NCBI GenBank assembly: GCA_964016885.1
Contig: OZ024764.1
Coordinates: 10,416,001 to 10,480,000 of the forward strand
Direction: 5' to 3'
From: Eledone cirrhosa
Lineage: Eukaryota
Length of the DNA: 64,000 bases
The notes under the pieces are model-generated. The model did not search any database and was not told the DNA's origin. It was given only the letters and a program-made list of their open reading frames with translations. The position numbers and the translations under genes were made by a program. Positions 1-13,914 of the stretch are shown piece by piece (positions within the stretch are counted from its first letter, which is position 1; the number at the start of each line of letters is the position of its first letter).

Positions 1-173
1 ATATATAATATAATATATAATATAATATATATATATATATATATAATATAATATAATAATATAATATAATATATATATATATATATATAATATAATATAT
101 AATATAATATATATATATATATATATAATATAATATATAATATAATATATATATATATATATTATATAATATA

Positions 174-229
<56 letters not shown>

Positions 230-419
230 ATATAATATATATATATAATAATATATATATATATTTATATATAATAATATATATATATAATATATATATA
301 TATATATAATAATATATATATATAATATATTTATTTATATATATATATATATTAGAAAGTGAGGTTTTTTTTACAAAATGAAAAATAACCGAGGTGTTCT
401 ACACGAGTGAAAGTATAAA

Positions 420-711
420 GAAAAAGAGATGAAATCGAAAATGCAACTGGAGTCTTATTTTTAAAAAAAATATATATATTTATTTGGTTCCTTTACCGGT
501 TTCGCAGTTCTTCTGCTTTTCAAAAGGTGAGTTGAGATGGAGGGTCTGTGGTTTTTCTCACATCTCACAGATGTGAGAAAAACCACAGACCCTCCATCTC
601 AACTCACCTTTTGAAAAGCAGAAGAACTGCGAAACCGGTAAAGGAACCAAATAAATATATATGTTTAAAAAAAAAATAAGACTCCAATTGCATTTTCGAT
701 TTCATCTCTTT

Positions 712-715
<4 letters not shown>
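420..715. mobile_element. Near-perfect ~145-bp-arm inverted repeat, Penelope-like pLTR remnant
   Basis: The arms are reverse complements centred near 568 and flanked by (TA)n. A degenerate hammerhead (UUGAAAA...GAAACCGGUA) lies at 607-644. Confidence 0.6.
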
Positions 716-757
<42 letters not shown>

Positions 758-940
758 ATATATATATATAATAATATATATATATAATATATAGATTTTG
801 AGTTTATGTTGGTTGTATACCAACACCTCAGTATGCAGGCTGGAGCACTCGACGAAGTGCGCAGGTTGGTTTGGTTACTCCGGAGTAGTGTAAAATAAAG
901 TTAAATAAAAGTCAAATGATTAAAATTTAGCTTCGTTTAT

Positions 941-997
941 TACTGCTATATATATTTCAGTGACAGCCATCTTTGGCTGTGACCTCTTCAGGCAGTA
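941..997 (-). ncRNA. Minimal type-I hammerhead ribozyme motif
   Basis: UACUGC-CUGAAGA-stem II (ACAGCCA/UGGCUGU)-GAAAU-AUAU-AUA^-GCAGUA, in the loop of an inverted repeat at 891-1049. Confidence 0.7.
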
Positions 998-1108
998 ATA
1001 AATGAAGCTAAATTTTAAACATTTGACTTTTTATTTTACTTTATTTTATATATATATATATATCTATATATATATATATAAAATGTATATATATATATAT
1101 ATAAAATG

Positions 1109-1147
<39 letters not shown>

Positions 1148-1963
1148 TGCTCCAGTTTACTCAGCTGTAGAAATGAGATGATAGGGACTGGGGTCCATAT
1201 CATTCCACTGCAAAGTGGTCGTGGAGGTGCCACGGAAAAAAAGCACCCAGCACTCACTGTAAATGAGGTTGGTGTTAGGAAGGGCATCCAGCTGTAGAAA
1301 TCAAGCCAGAATCAGTTCCCGTCCCACCCTTGCAAGCAGGGAAAAAGCGGACGTAAAATGAAATGAATGAAAATGATATATATATATATAATCACCATTT
1401 CACGTCCATTCTTCCACGCTAGCTTGGGTTAGACGGGTTGTCCTGTTGTGGGCAGTGTCCAGTCGGCTGGCCTGTCTTGCTCACATGGGAACTGATTCTG
1501 GCTTGATTTCTACAGCTGGATGCCCTTCCTAACACCAACCTCATTTACAGTGAGGGCTGGGTGTTTTTTTGCCATGGCACCTCCACGACCACTTTGCAGT
1601 GAAGAAGAAGAAGAGAACGTAGAAAAAGAAGGAAAAGAGGAAGAAAAAGAAGAAAAAAGAGGGTGGGAGAAGAAGAAGAAAAAAGTAATTTGTGTTTAAA
1701 AATAGCTTTTATTAACAACAACAACAACAACAACAATAACATCAATAACGACAACAAGAGAAAAATATATACTTAGAAAACATAACCCCACCACCCACCC
1801 AAACAATAAAGAATATATTTTCTTCACATTTCACCAGTATTGAGTCCTTATATTTTGTTTTTTTCTGAGTTTTTTTTCTGAGTTTTTTCCTCCGCCTGTA
1901 GAGATTCTCACCTCCTCCTTCACCCCACACTCTCACATGTTATGAAGCATTTTCAAACTCCTA

Positions 1964-2003
<40 letters not shown>

Positions 2004-2051
2004 CAACATACATATGTATACATACATATATATACTTATCAACATACATAT

Positions 2052-2100
<49 letters not shown>

Positions 2101-2225
2101 TATACATATCAACATACATATGTATATATACTTATCAACATACATATGTTTATATATATATATATATATATACTTATCAACATACATATGTATACATATA
2201 TATATATACTTATCAACATACATAT

Positions 2226-2266
<41 letters not shown>

Positions 2267-2275
2267 TATACATAT

Positions 2276-2328
<53 letters not shown>

Positions 2329-2339
2329 TATACATATCA

Positions 2340-2387
<48 letters not shown>

Positions 2388-2398
2388 TGATATGTATA

Positions 2399-2437
<39 letters not shown>

Positions 2438-2772
2438 ATATGTATGTTGATAAGTATATATATATATGTATACATATGTATGTTGATAAGTATATATATA
2501 TATATATATATCACAGACACATCTGTTAATCTTTACAGACACAAAAAAATATTTAAAAAAAAACAAAATCGCTGGAGTAGGGGGGGGGGGGGTTCCGCAC
2601 CCCCAACCTACCAAAATATAAAAAATAAAAATTAAAAATAAAATGTTTATAAAAAACTAATTTATATACAAGAAATTGTAAATAAAAGTAAGCAAAAATG
2701 CAAATATGCTGAGTATGTATAAATATATACACATGAATACATATGTATTTATAAATTTTTCTATGTATATAC

Positions 2773-2847
<75 letters not shown>

Positions 2848-2889
2848 CGTGTATATATAAAGATGTGTGTATATATATATTTGTGTGTG

Positions 2890-2925
<36 letters not shown>

Positions 2926-2965
2926 CACATGTACACATATATCTATTTATATGTCTATATATATC

Positions 2966-3034
<69 letters not shown>

Positions 3035-4519
3035 TCTATGTTGGTTGAAGTTCGAAACCTCAGGTTGCAGGCATTTGTGTTGAGATCTTATTGGTGTAAT
3101 ATATATAAATATATATATATACATACTTGGTGGCTGCCAACTCGTTTTCGAGTACGGCCACTACTTTATATCCATGTAGGAGAACCCCTACCGATGCGCT
3201 GAACGAGTGTGACTTTTTAGTCCAGCCAGCGACTTGAAAACTCTGGTACAAACACTACACTTGTGACAATTATTGACACATAGTGCTGGGCCCATGGTAC
3301 CATGTGACGACAAGTGCAGAGAGATCTCCAGATATAAAGCAATGCCTGTGCCGTGAAGCTTTTATAGTGAGCAAAGGCACTGCACAAAGCCAGTCCCACT
3401 CTCTTAACCAAGATGATGTTTACCAAAAAGAAGAACAAGTCAACATCATTGGATACCATCAGGGTTGCAGGTGTTATATCAGAGTTTTCCTTCTCCTAGA
3501 ATTCTGCCCTGACAAAGGCTAAGGGGTCATACATACATACATACATAAATATATGTATGTATATATAGATATATGTGTGTGTATATACATGTGCATGTGT
3601 GCATTCACATCTCTCTCTCTGTCTGTCTATATATATATACAGTAGGCACCTCTTAACCAAATATACACCCCAATCCACTACCCCTACCCTATCCTCCCAC
3701 TCCCACCAACACCACCCTCTCTCTGTAAAGTTGGTACCACAACATCCAGTCCAAATAAATGAGATAAATGAGATCGAGATCGTGTAGGTGTTACAACAAA
3801 AAAACACAGTCTACGCTGTAATGTGGCCGAGTAGGTGTCACGACAAAAAAAACACCAAGTCCACGCTGTAATGTGGCCGAGTAGATAACACGGTAAAAAG
3901 CTCCCAGTTCCACACTGTAAATGTGGTTGGTGTTAGGAAGGGCATCCAGCCGTAGAAAACCTGCCAGACAGTCCTATATGAGCGAGACACGGTCACCCGA
4001 CCAACCTTGCCTCAAGTGGCACAACTCTCGTCTAACCCATGCTAGCGTGGAAGATGGACGTTAAACGAAGATGATGATGGTGATGATGATGATGATATAT
4101 ATATATTTTAATATAGAAGAGCTTCTACAGGACTAGAACTGTTTCATTTGTGAGAAATCATCGATGATTTCTCATGAATGAAGCTCTTCTATATTAAGAC
4201 ATTTATACTCTGCTATGTATTGAGTACCTTACTGTAGTTACCCCCAATTCAACCCGGAATAACTTATATATATATATATTTATATAAAGGTAGAACACGG
4301 GAAGGTAATATCCGTAGTAGTAGGGCACTCAGTCCATGGGACGAGTTTGGTAGTTTCAGCTGAAGATCCGCATAAGGTGAAACAATTGTCGTCGGTATGG
4401 TGAACTAACTGTTGTGTTACCACTTCTACCAAACTCGTTCTATGGACTGAGTGCTCTACCACTACAGATATTACCTTCCAGTGTTCTACCTTTATATATA
4501 TATATATATATATATATAA

Positions 4520-4835
4520 ATCAAGAAAGAAGAGTGACACGGTTTGCTATACAAAAAAGGTTTTTAATCTCATTGCTGACAATTGTTTCTCTGAACTGGT
4601 AGGTCTAGAGATCGCAACCTGCCTGTTTTCACGTCAATTGATCACCAATGCATAGTTGTATCCAGTCAATTCATCAGAGCTAGCCCTGATGAATTGACTG
4701 GTTACAACTATGTATTGGTGATCGATTGACGCGAAAACAGGCGGGTAGCGATCTCTAGACCTACCAGTTCAGAGAAACAATTGTCAGCAATGTGAATAAA
4801 GCCCTTATTGTATAGCAAACCGTGTCACTCTTCTT
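4520..4835. mobile_element. Inverted-repeat element, Penelope-like pLTR remnant
   Basis: Arms aagaaagaagagtgacacggtttgc... and ...gcaaaccgtgtcactcttctttctt; contains the hammerhead 3' half GAAACAATTGTC. Confidence 0.55.
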
Positions 4836-5013
4836 TCTTGTTTTATCATTACTCCAAGTGTAAACAACATAGAAATCACCGCGTACTCGCAGCATCACTA
4901 TGGAAACGCCTTGTTGAGTCAAACTTAGCCAAGCGTTAATACCATCCACTACTCGGAGTACCCTAACTGGACTACACCTAAGTGGACTACCTATAACAAT
5001 AATTTGTTACCCC

Positions 5014-5057
<44 letters not shown>

Positions 5058-5175
5058 TCATTTATTAGGACTAAATAATGAGTCTTGTTACTCTGGAGTT
5101 TAACCTTAATAAATGAATATTGATACTCTGCGTCGGTATTGAGTACTCCCTTCTCTCAGCCGTCAACCACATACA

Positions 5176-5214
<39 letters not shown>

Positions 5215-5854
5215 GGTACATAAACACACACACATATGTGTGTGTGCATATATATATATACGAGGGATAATGATGAAAGAAGAGTCTTACCATGAAATTG
5301 TTGAGTTGGTGGAGCATCGGAGAGAAATTCATGCCATGAAACCTCTCCTAGCTTTGTTCTGAGTTCAGTTTCGGGTTTGTCTTTTATTCCATTACTAATT
5401 AATGTCATGTCAACATGTTCCATTCAACGGAATACTCAACCATTTACAAGCTAAGTCGCCTAGCAGGTAGTTCCGTTGAACAAACAACTGAAATAATTTA
5501 CCGACAAAACTAAAAAGTTTCCATGTAAAAATATTTTCATGGGAGGCTACTCTGTACAGACTTAAATAAGATAATTATTGCATTTTAGAGTTGCTTCCCT
5601 TGGAGATTCTGTCTATTCCTGTTTTCTATAAGTGACAAGTTACATATAACTCCCGTTTTTTATTCGTTTTCTGGTTTCCTGGATTAATTTAACCCCGAAT
5701 TATTAAAAAGACGAGGTTAAAGTTCACGAGGTCATTGCCTGCAATGTCAGAAAAGCGTTCTTTCTTTAACGGTAGACATTAGAAAGTATGGATGAATTTT
5801 TGCCAAATACCCGTTATGTTATGTAAGTAATCTTATATGACCCAGCATGAGAGA

Positions 5855-6450
5855 CCCCTACATGGTAGCTAGACCTGCTAAAAATGGCAGCCAAATCTCC
5901 CACAAATCATGTTGAGGTCTCCCTCATACATACGACAGTATGTCGTATGTATGCGGGACCCTCAACATGGCAGGTAGACCTGCTAGAAACAGCAGCCAAA
6001 TCTCCATCAAATCAAACCCTACTGACTTAGATACGAGGGAGACCTCAACATGGCAGCTAGACCTGGTAGAAACAGCAGACAAATCTCCCGCAAATCACAC
6101 CCTATTGTCTTATGTATGAGGGACACCTCTACTTGGAAGCTAGACCTGCTAGAAGTAGCATCCAAATCTCCCTCAAACCACATCCTACGGTCTGTCAGAG
6201 ATATGTATGCATGAGAAAATTAGGGTGACCTCTACATGGTAGAAATAGCAGCCAAATCCCCCTCAAATCACACCCTACTTTCTTATGTATGAGTGACACC
6301 TCTACATGGTAGCAAGACATGATAGAAATAGCAGCCAAATATCCCTCAAATCACACCTTACTGTCATATGTATGAGGGAGATATCTACATAGTAGCTAGA
6401 CCTGCTAGAAATAGTAGACAAATCTCCCTCAATTCAGATCCTACAGTTAT
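5855..6450 (+). repeat. Diverged ~75-bp tandem repeat
   Basis: Recurring agacctgctagaaatagcagccaaatctccctcaaatcacaccctac. Confidence 0.8.
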
Positions 6451-6604
6451 ATGACTGTCTTATGCATGTGTATGTATATACATATAGTAATACTGATGCA
6501 CATACATACTTGTATGTATGTATATATATATATTTATATATATATATATATATATATACATATATATAGCATCAAGACAAGCTATACTGAGTATTATATT
6601 ATGA

Positions 6605-6683
<79 letters not shown>

Positions 6684-7714
6684 AGTGCATTCACACATAT
6701 ATATATATATATACATACATACACTACACATGATATTCCCCCTCCATACATACGCACACATGTGTGTAGTGTGTGTAATGTGTGTGTTTGTGTATATATC
6801 CTGACATTTGTACATTATTCTATGTACTATACATGCACCTTTGATGAGTTGTAGTGCACCTGAGCACTGTATACAACAATTTTCATTATAATCATACAAC
6901 CGATACTAAAATTTACACCAGAAATAACAATGTATAAAAGAAAATGTAACATGGCCGCCCTCTGTGTGACTTGAACTCAACATGGAGGTTTACAGTTGAG
7001 GTTAGTCACCGAGCATGACTCTACCATTCCACTGCCACTAGAGTAATGCTTGAGTGGTACTGGAGTGGAAGTGGAGTCATACACTCGTGTTAGTTTCGCT
7101 AAGCTTTGATATTAATAAATTTCTGAAAATTATGTGATTAAATATATATGTATATATATATATATATATATACACACACATACACACATGCATATATATC
7201 TATGCACAGACACACACACATATATATATATATATATATCAAGATCATCACCATCATCGTTTAACGTGTATCTTCCACGCTAGCATGGGTTAGACTCATA
7301 TATATATATATTACGTAGATATATATACATACACACTGTGTGTATGTATATATACAATATATAATATATATATATATTATATATATATATACATACATAC
7401 ACACTGTGTGCGTATGTATATATATACATACATACATACACACTGTGGGTGTGTATATATATATATATATATATAGTAATAATAATAAATTTGAAGACTA
7501 AAATCCAAAGAGGGCTCGATAAGGATAAATATATATCAAATATATAAGAACCGTAGAGCAAATATTTATTAAAATAACAGATTAAAGTTTAAGCAAAGAA
7601 TCGCTGCTTTCACCCTTAACGGGATCTTCTGAAGATCCCATTAAGGGTGAAAGCAGCGATTCTTTGCTTAAACTTTAATCTGTTATTTTAATAAATAAAT
7701 ATATATATATATAT

Positions 7715-8112
7715 AAAATATAAAAAAAATAATGAATAAAACAATGAAACAGTTCCTTATATTAAACAAAAAAAGTTCATTATTTAACGATCGTTTCTAG
7801 GACATATATGTGTTAGAATTGGCATGCATATTCAAAAGATCTATGTACAAAATTATACAAACTATCAAAGAGAATATACATACCAACACATATATATGCT
7901 GTCTTAGAAACGATCGTTAAATAATGAACTTTTTTTGTTTAATATAAGGAACTGTTTCATTGTTTTATTCATTATTTTTTTAATATTTTATCTTGACTCT
8001 GTATTCCGTTTATCTTTCACCGAAAGTGATCTCTTCTTTCCATGATATCCGGATTACATTGAGTTCTTCATACGGATTGGACACTACCGTAAACTTTTGG
8101 TAGATTTATCTA
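7715..8112. mobile_element. Inverted-repeat element; same family as 47038-47522
   Basis: Palindromic arms at 7715-7990 plus a shared unique tail (tcttgactctgtat...ggtagatttatcta). Confidence 0.6.
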
Positions 8113-8257
8113 CATATATATATATATATGTTTTTCAACCCTTGTAATTTTAGACACACGGTTTACTGTGTTTCTTTCTATATATTATTAATCGGCTCAG
8201 TATTTTTATACTTGGAGCTTAATAGTTACAGGGTTCCAATTGAGTTTTAACTCTAAT

Positions 8258-8311
<54 letters not shown>

Positions 8312-9437
8312 TGTGGCTGAGTGGTTAGAGAATTGGATTCGCAATCGTAAGGTTGTGAGTTCGATTCCTGGACCAGGCGATGCGTTATGTCCTTGAGCAA
8401 GACACTTTATTTCACGTTGCTCCTTCTACCTGGAGTTGCGACCGATAGATAGTATTAGCAATTGGAAAGACCAACGGAAACATCGTTCCCTCGGTCCGAT
8501 TTGACGAAAGTCGATCGTTCCTTTTATACGTACATATGGAGGTGCCTGGGTTCAATACCTGGACTGGGTTGTGTGTTGTGTTCTTGAGCAAAACACTTCA
8601 TTTCACGTTGCTCCAGTATACACAGCTGAAAATCAGTACCAGCAATATCTGGGGTAACAACCCTGTGATGGACTACTGTCCTGTCTAGGGGGGAGTTTTG
8701 TACTCTCAGTCACTTAATGCCACGAAAACTGGGATAAACAGCAGACTCACACACACATATATATATATGCATACATAATTATATATAAAAAATTATTAAT
8801 CTCTATAATTTGGATGTACCACCCTTTGTCAAAGTGAAAATGTCAGAGGGGGCCTTTCAGTGATATATATATATATATACACACATAGAAACTAGATTGA
8901 GCAGCATCAGGATTAACCGGGGAAAAATGACTTTTAACATTCATATATACATTCATACATACATACATACATACATATATACATACATACACTCATACAT
9001 ATATACATACATACACTCATACATATATATATACATACATGAATACTTACATATATATCTACACACATATATATACTTCCATTCATATGTACACATACAT
9101 ATGAAGTATATTTTAATTATATATATATATATATATACATACAGACACACATATATATATATGTAAAAGGTATATATATATATACATACAGACACACACA
9201 TATATATATATAAAAGGTATATATATATATACATACAGACACATATATGTGTATATGTATGTAAAAGGTGTATATATATATATACATACAGACAGACACA
9301 CACATATATATGTAAAAGGTATATATATATATACACATACAGACACATATGTGTATATGTATGTAAAAGGTGTATATATATATATATATATATATGCATA
9401 TATATATATATGTATATACATACAGACAGTAATGTCT

Positions 9438-9479
9438 CTATCCAGGAGATGTTGCTTTCTCTTGTGAAGAAGTGATATC
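9438..9479 (-). CDS. SVOP: SVOP terminal coding exon
   Basis: Strong acceptor ccttctctttcag after a 90-nt intron; [13 protein letters not shown] then TAG. The sequence is not conserved, so it is assigned on splice signals and phase. Confidence 0.75.
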   Translation of the reverse strand, partial: DITSSQEKATSPG

Positions 9480-9569
9480 CTGAAAGAGAAGGGGAAAATT
9501 ATTTTATAAAACAACAACAACAACAGTAACAACAACAACAACAGTGATAACAACAACAACAACACTCAC

Positions 9570-9683
9570 CCTCAGGGATTTGCCCTTAGTCTCAATAGGG
9601 AGGGCAAAAGCAGCAATACTTCCTAAAATTCCTGCAACTCCGTATAGTGATATGGCGAGGTGGGTAGATTTACTGAGAAGTAC
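9570..9683 (-). CDS. SVOP: SVOP exon (TM12, ETKG motif)
   Basis: ccag|GTA...AGG|gtgagt, 114 nt. VLLSKSTHLAISLYGVAGILGSIAAFALPIETKGKSLR. Confidence 0.94.
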
Positions 9684-9769
9684 CTGGTGTGTATATACAG
9701 AGAGAGAGAGGTGTATATAGTGAGACAGGTGTATATATATATATATATATATATAACTATATAACTATA

Positions 9770-10806
9770 GAGGATATGAGACGGCTGGAGAGAAATGAAG
9801 CAAGCCTGCTCCGTTGGATGTGCAATGTCAATGTGCGTGAACGATCAAGCATGGATGAGTTGAGAGAGAAACTGTATAAGAGGGATAAGTTGTAGTGTGC
9901 GGGAGAGAAGACTGAGATGGTATGGACATGTGATGCGTTGAGAGAGAAACTGTGTATAAGAGGGATAAGTTGTAGTGTGCAGGAGAGAAGACTGAGATGG
10001 TATGGACATGTGATGTGTTGAGAGAGAAACTGTGTATAAGAGGGATAAGTTGTAGTGTGTGGGAGAGAAGACTGAGATGGTATGGACATGTGATGCGTTG
10101 AGAGAGAAACTGTGTATAAGAGGGATAAGTTGTAGTGTGTGGGAGAGAAGACTGAGATGGTATGGACATGTGATGTGTTGAGAGAGAAACTGTGTATAAG
10201 AGGGATAAGTTGTAGTGTGTGGGAGAGAAGACTGAGATGGTATGGACATGTGATGTGTTGAGAGAGAAACTGTGTATAAGAGGGATAAGTTGTAGTGTGC
10301 GGGAGAGAAGACTGAGATGGTATGGACATGTGATGCGTTGAGAGAGAAACTGTGTATAAGAGGGATAAGTTGTGGTGTGTGGGAGAGAAGACTGAGATGG
10401 TATGGACATGTGATGTGTTGAGAGAGAAACTGTGTATAAGAGGGATAAGTTGTAGTGTGCGGGAGAGAAGACTGAGATGGTATGGACATGTGATGTGTTG
10501 AGAGAGAAACTGTGTATAAGAGGGATAAGTTGTAGTGTGCGGGAGAGAAGACTGAGATGGTATGGACATGTGATGAGCATGGAGGATGACCGCTGGGTGA
10601 AAAAGTGCCAAGGAATCCCAGTAGAAGGAAGACGCAGTAGAGCAAGACCACGAAAAACATGGGCTGAGGTGGTGAGAGCTGGCCTCAGATTGCTGAAGCT
10701 CACGGGGGAGATGACGAATGACCGTGACAAATGGAGAGATGCTGTGCTGAATAGGACCCGTCCTACCCTTGCAAGCAGGGAAAAGCAGACGTAAAATGAT
10801 GATGAT
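9770..10806 (+). mobile_element. RTE-clade LINE 3' fragment with internal 80-bp tandem array (~9 copies)
   Basis: DMRRLERNEASLLRWMC...RRLRWYGHVM...RARPRKTW...DRDKWR; (GAT)n tail. Confidence 0.85.
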
Positions 10807-10845
10807 ATATATATATACTTCAAGGAAGACATAACAGATATATAT

Positions 10846-10917
<72 letters not shown>

Positions 10918-11062
10918 AGGTGCAGTGTGGTGGTGGTCTATAGAGATATGGTGATGTTCGTGTTGGTTGCTGGTAGTAGTGTTTGTATGTGTGTGAGTGT
11001 ATATATGTAAGCAAGTGCATGTGTATATCTATATACATACATATACTTATATGTATATATAT

Positions 11063-11107
<45 letters not shown>

Positions 11108-11116
11108 TATATATAC

Positions 11117-11150
<34 letters not shown>

Positions 11151-11177
11151 ACATACATACATATACATACATATATA

Positions 11178-11232
<55 letters not shown>

Positions 11233-11585
11233 ACATACATATATCTATATACATATATATATATATACCTATATATATACATATATATATATATATACCT
11301 ATATATAAATATATATACATCCATATATATACATATACATATATATATACATACATATACATACATACATATACATATACATATATATATACATACATAT
11401 ACATACATACATATACATACATACATATACATACATATATATACATACATACATACACATATATATATATATATACACACATATATATATATATATACAC
11501 ACACCAAAGTGTGAAGTTAATATAAGACAACAAAAGGGACCAGTCCAGGTGTTACCACCATCGAATGTGGTCCCTAAGATCTCAC

Positions 11586-11675
11586 CTGAGCAATAAAGGG
11601 AGTTATAATGGCCCCTATCCGAGCCATTGCACTGCAAGCTCCGAGACCGATGGCTCGGATGGATGTCGGATAAAT
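11586..11675 (-). CDS. SVOP: SVOP exon (TM11)
   Basis: tttcag|ATT...CAG|gtgaga, 90 nt. [30 protein letters not shown]. Confidence 0.96.
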
Positions 11676-12319
11676 CTGAAATATATAAATAATATAATAT
11701 ATCAGCTCTCATCTCTGATTGAGCACTGTTCTCCTTGTAGCGGTTGTCTCCCTTGTTTTGATTGGGATCTGGACGGGAGGTGGAGCCCTTTCTGCGACTT
11801 CCGGTCAGAGCCCTATAAAACTAACAACTTTAAGCTTCCTCTCTCTCTTTGGCTTTTCGGCACCAGGTCAAGAGTCTTCTCATTTGGCTCTGCCATTAAT
11901 TTGGCCAACAGGCGCCTGGCCTTAGCCAGGCGCCCTCTGCCAGCCGCGTTTGCCTGGCAATCAAAACGGTAACTACTAACTTTGTTTCATTCTAACATCT
12001 ATCTTTGACATGTCAAGTATTCTATCTACCGTTAATTAAATATTATATACACAAACAATGTCTCGTTTTGTTACATTCATACAACCCAGAATGCTCGCTA
12101 TATCCTTTTTGCCATTTTTTCACACCTATGGATTTTTCCACACACACACACACACATATATATGTGCACATATACACAGGAGGGCATGTGGCCGAGTGGT
12201 GAGAGAATTGGATTTACAATCGTGAGGTTGTGAGTTCGATTCCTGGACCGGATGATGCGTTATGTATATATGTATAATTATATAAATGTATATATATATA
12301 TATATATAAATATATATAC

Positions 12320-12895
12320 ATCTCAAGCTGTGGCACGCCACCCAGGCTTTGCTTTTCCTCTCAAACACATCATCTTCCGTATTCCTAATCTTTGCTCCCA
12401 AATACAGGAAGTCCTCAACCATTTCTAGCGGCTTCCCGCCTATATTAGTGATCCCCTCTGGCTTCTCAACATTCTCTAGCAGATATTTTGTTTTAGTCTC
12501 ATTCATTCTCAGCCCCACACTCATCGACACAGTCTCAACCTCCTGCATCAAATCCTCTGCCTCCTTCACTCTATTTGTCACCAAAACTATGTCGTCGGCA
12601 AATTCAGCAGCCGATATCTTTTTCACCTTAACTCTCCTGCTCTGAGCTGGTGCTACAGTAAAGCCAGAGTCCTGGTGTTTCTCCAGTGCAAGGCGCATAC
12701 AATAGTCCACTACGATGATAAAAAGGTAGGGAGCCAATGTATCTACATGGACACACTGGAAGAGGAAGACCAAGGTTAACGTATGTTGATGCCCTAAGGA
12801 CAGACACTGGTCTGCAGGACATGGCAGCAATAATGAGGAACAGAGACCGCTAGAGAGGACTCATCCATGGATCTCGGGAATTTTACCCGCCCTAG
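12320..12895. mobile_element. RTE-clade LINE: inverted RT segment (-) joined to 3' end (+)
   Basis: 12320-12740 (-) reads APYLFIIVVD...FADDIVL...DFLYLG; 12745-12895 (+) is the 3' end shared with 32790-32950 and 47685-47845. Confidence 0.85.
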
Positions 12896-12954
12896 ATATA
12901 TATACATCACTCCGCAAGAACTCTGTCAGCCGCTCTCCAGCCATCTATTTAAAG

Positions 12955-13770
12955 CTGTATATAGCCGTGTGCAGCCACACTTAGAATTTGCATCACCAGT
13001 CTGGAACCTCTATCTTGCTCAGAACATTGACCTCCTGGCAACTGTTCAGAGACGTGCAACCAAGCGAATACCCTCCATCAGGCATCTACCATACTTTGAA
13101 CACCTTGCTTCCCTGGGCATGGATACATTGAAGCTCCGATGTCTGGCAACTGACTTGGTAGACACCCACAAAATGATTAACCATCTTGCCAACAACAACC
13201 CTGAGCACCTTTTTGATTTCCACGTATCTAACACCCATGGGCATGCCTACAAAGTCAGAAAACAGCACAGTTCCCATGACTTTCGGAAGCATTTTTTCAC
13301 ACTCAGAGTTGCTGAAGCATGGAACAAACTACCTGCATCAGTTGTTAGCTGTCGAGACACTGCATCCTTTAAAACCTTCATGGAACAAACTACCTGCATC
13401 GGTTGTTAGCTGTCGAGACACTGCATCCTTTAAAACCTTCATGGAACAAACTACCTGCATCGGTTGTTAGCTGTCGAGACACTGCATCCTTTAAAACCTT
13501 CATGGAACAAACTACCTGCATCGGTTGTTAGCTGTCGAGACACTGCATCCTTTAAAACCTCCATGGAACAAACTACCTGCATCGGTTGTTAGCTGTCGAG
13601 ACACTGCATCCTTTAAAACCTCCATGGAACAAACTACCTGCATCAGTTGTAAGCTGTCGAGACACTGCATCCTTTAAAACCTCCATGGAACAAACTACCT
13701 GCATCAGTTGTAAGCTGTCGAGACACTGCATCCTTTAAAACCTCCATGGAACAAACTCCATGCTTCCTGA
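12955..13770 (+). mobile_element. CR1-clade LINE 3' fragment with 60/61-bp tandem array
   Basis: VQPHLEFASPVWN...VQRRATK...HGHAYK...FFTLRVAEAWNKLP. Confidence 0.88.
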
Positions 13771-13832
13771 CATAAGAGTAATGTAAATGCTAAAGGGTTA
13801 TACACTGGAAGAAGTATCTTACATCCACTTAC

Positions 13833-13914
13833 CTCTGGGGTGTAGACATAGGCTCCCATGAATGCCGATGAAATAAAGGCTCTTGCCACGAACAGGAAAA
13901 ATATCAATACATCC
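13833..13914 (-). CDS. SVOP: SVOP exon (TM10)
   Basis: cccag|G GAT...GAG|gtaagt, 82 nt. DVLIFFLFVARAFISSAFMGAYVYTPE. Confidence 0.95.

Noticed and set aside
1966-3202. Many YIYI-type ORFs (also 8897-9565, 10820-11712, 25129-26351, 46328-46802)
   Set aside because: Translations of (TA)n and (TACA)n microsatellites.
4365-4400. Hammerhead-like CTGAAGA...GAAACAATTGTC
   Set aside because: No convincing stem I. The similar partial cores at 7629, 24020, 39535 and 40279 were also not counted.
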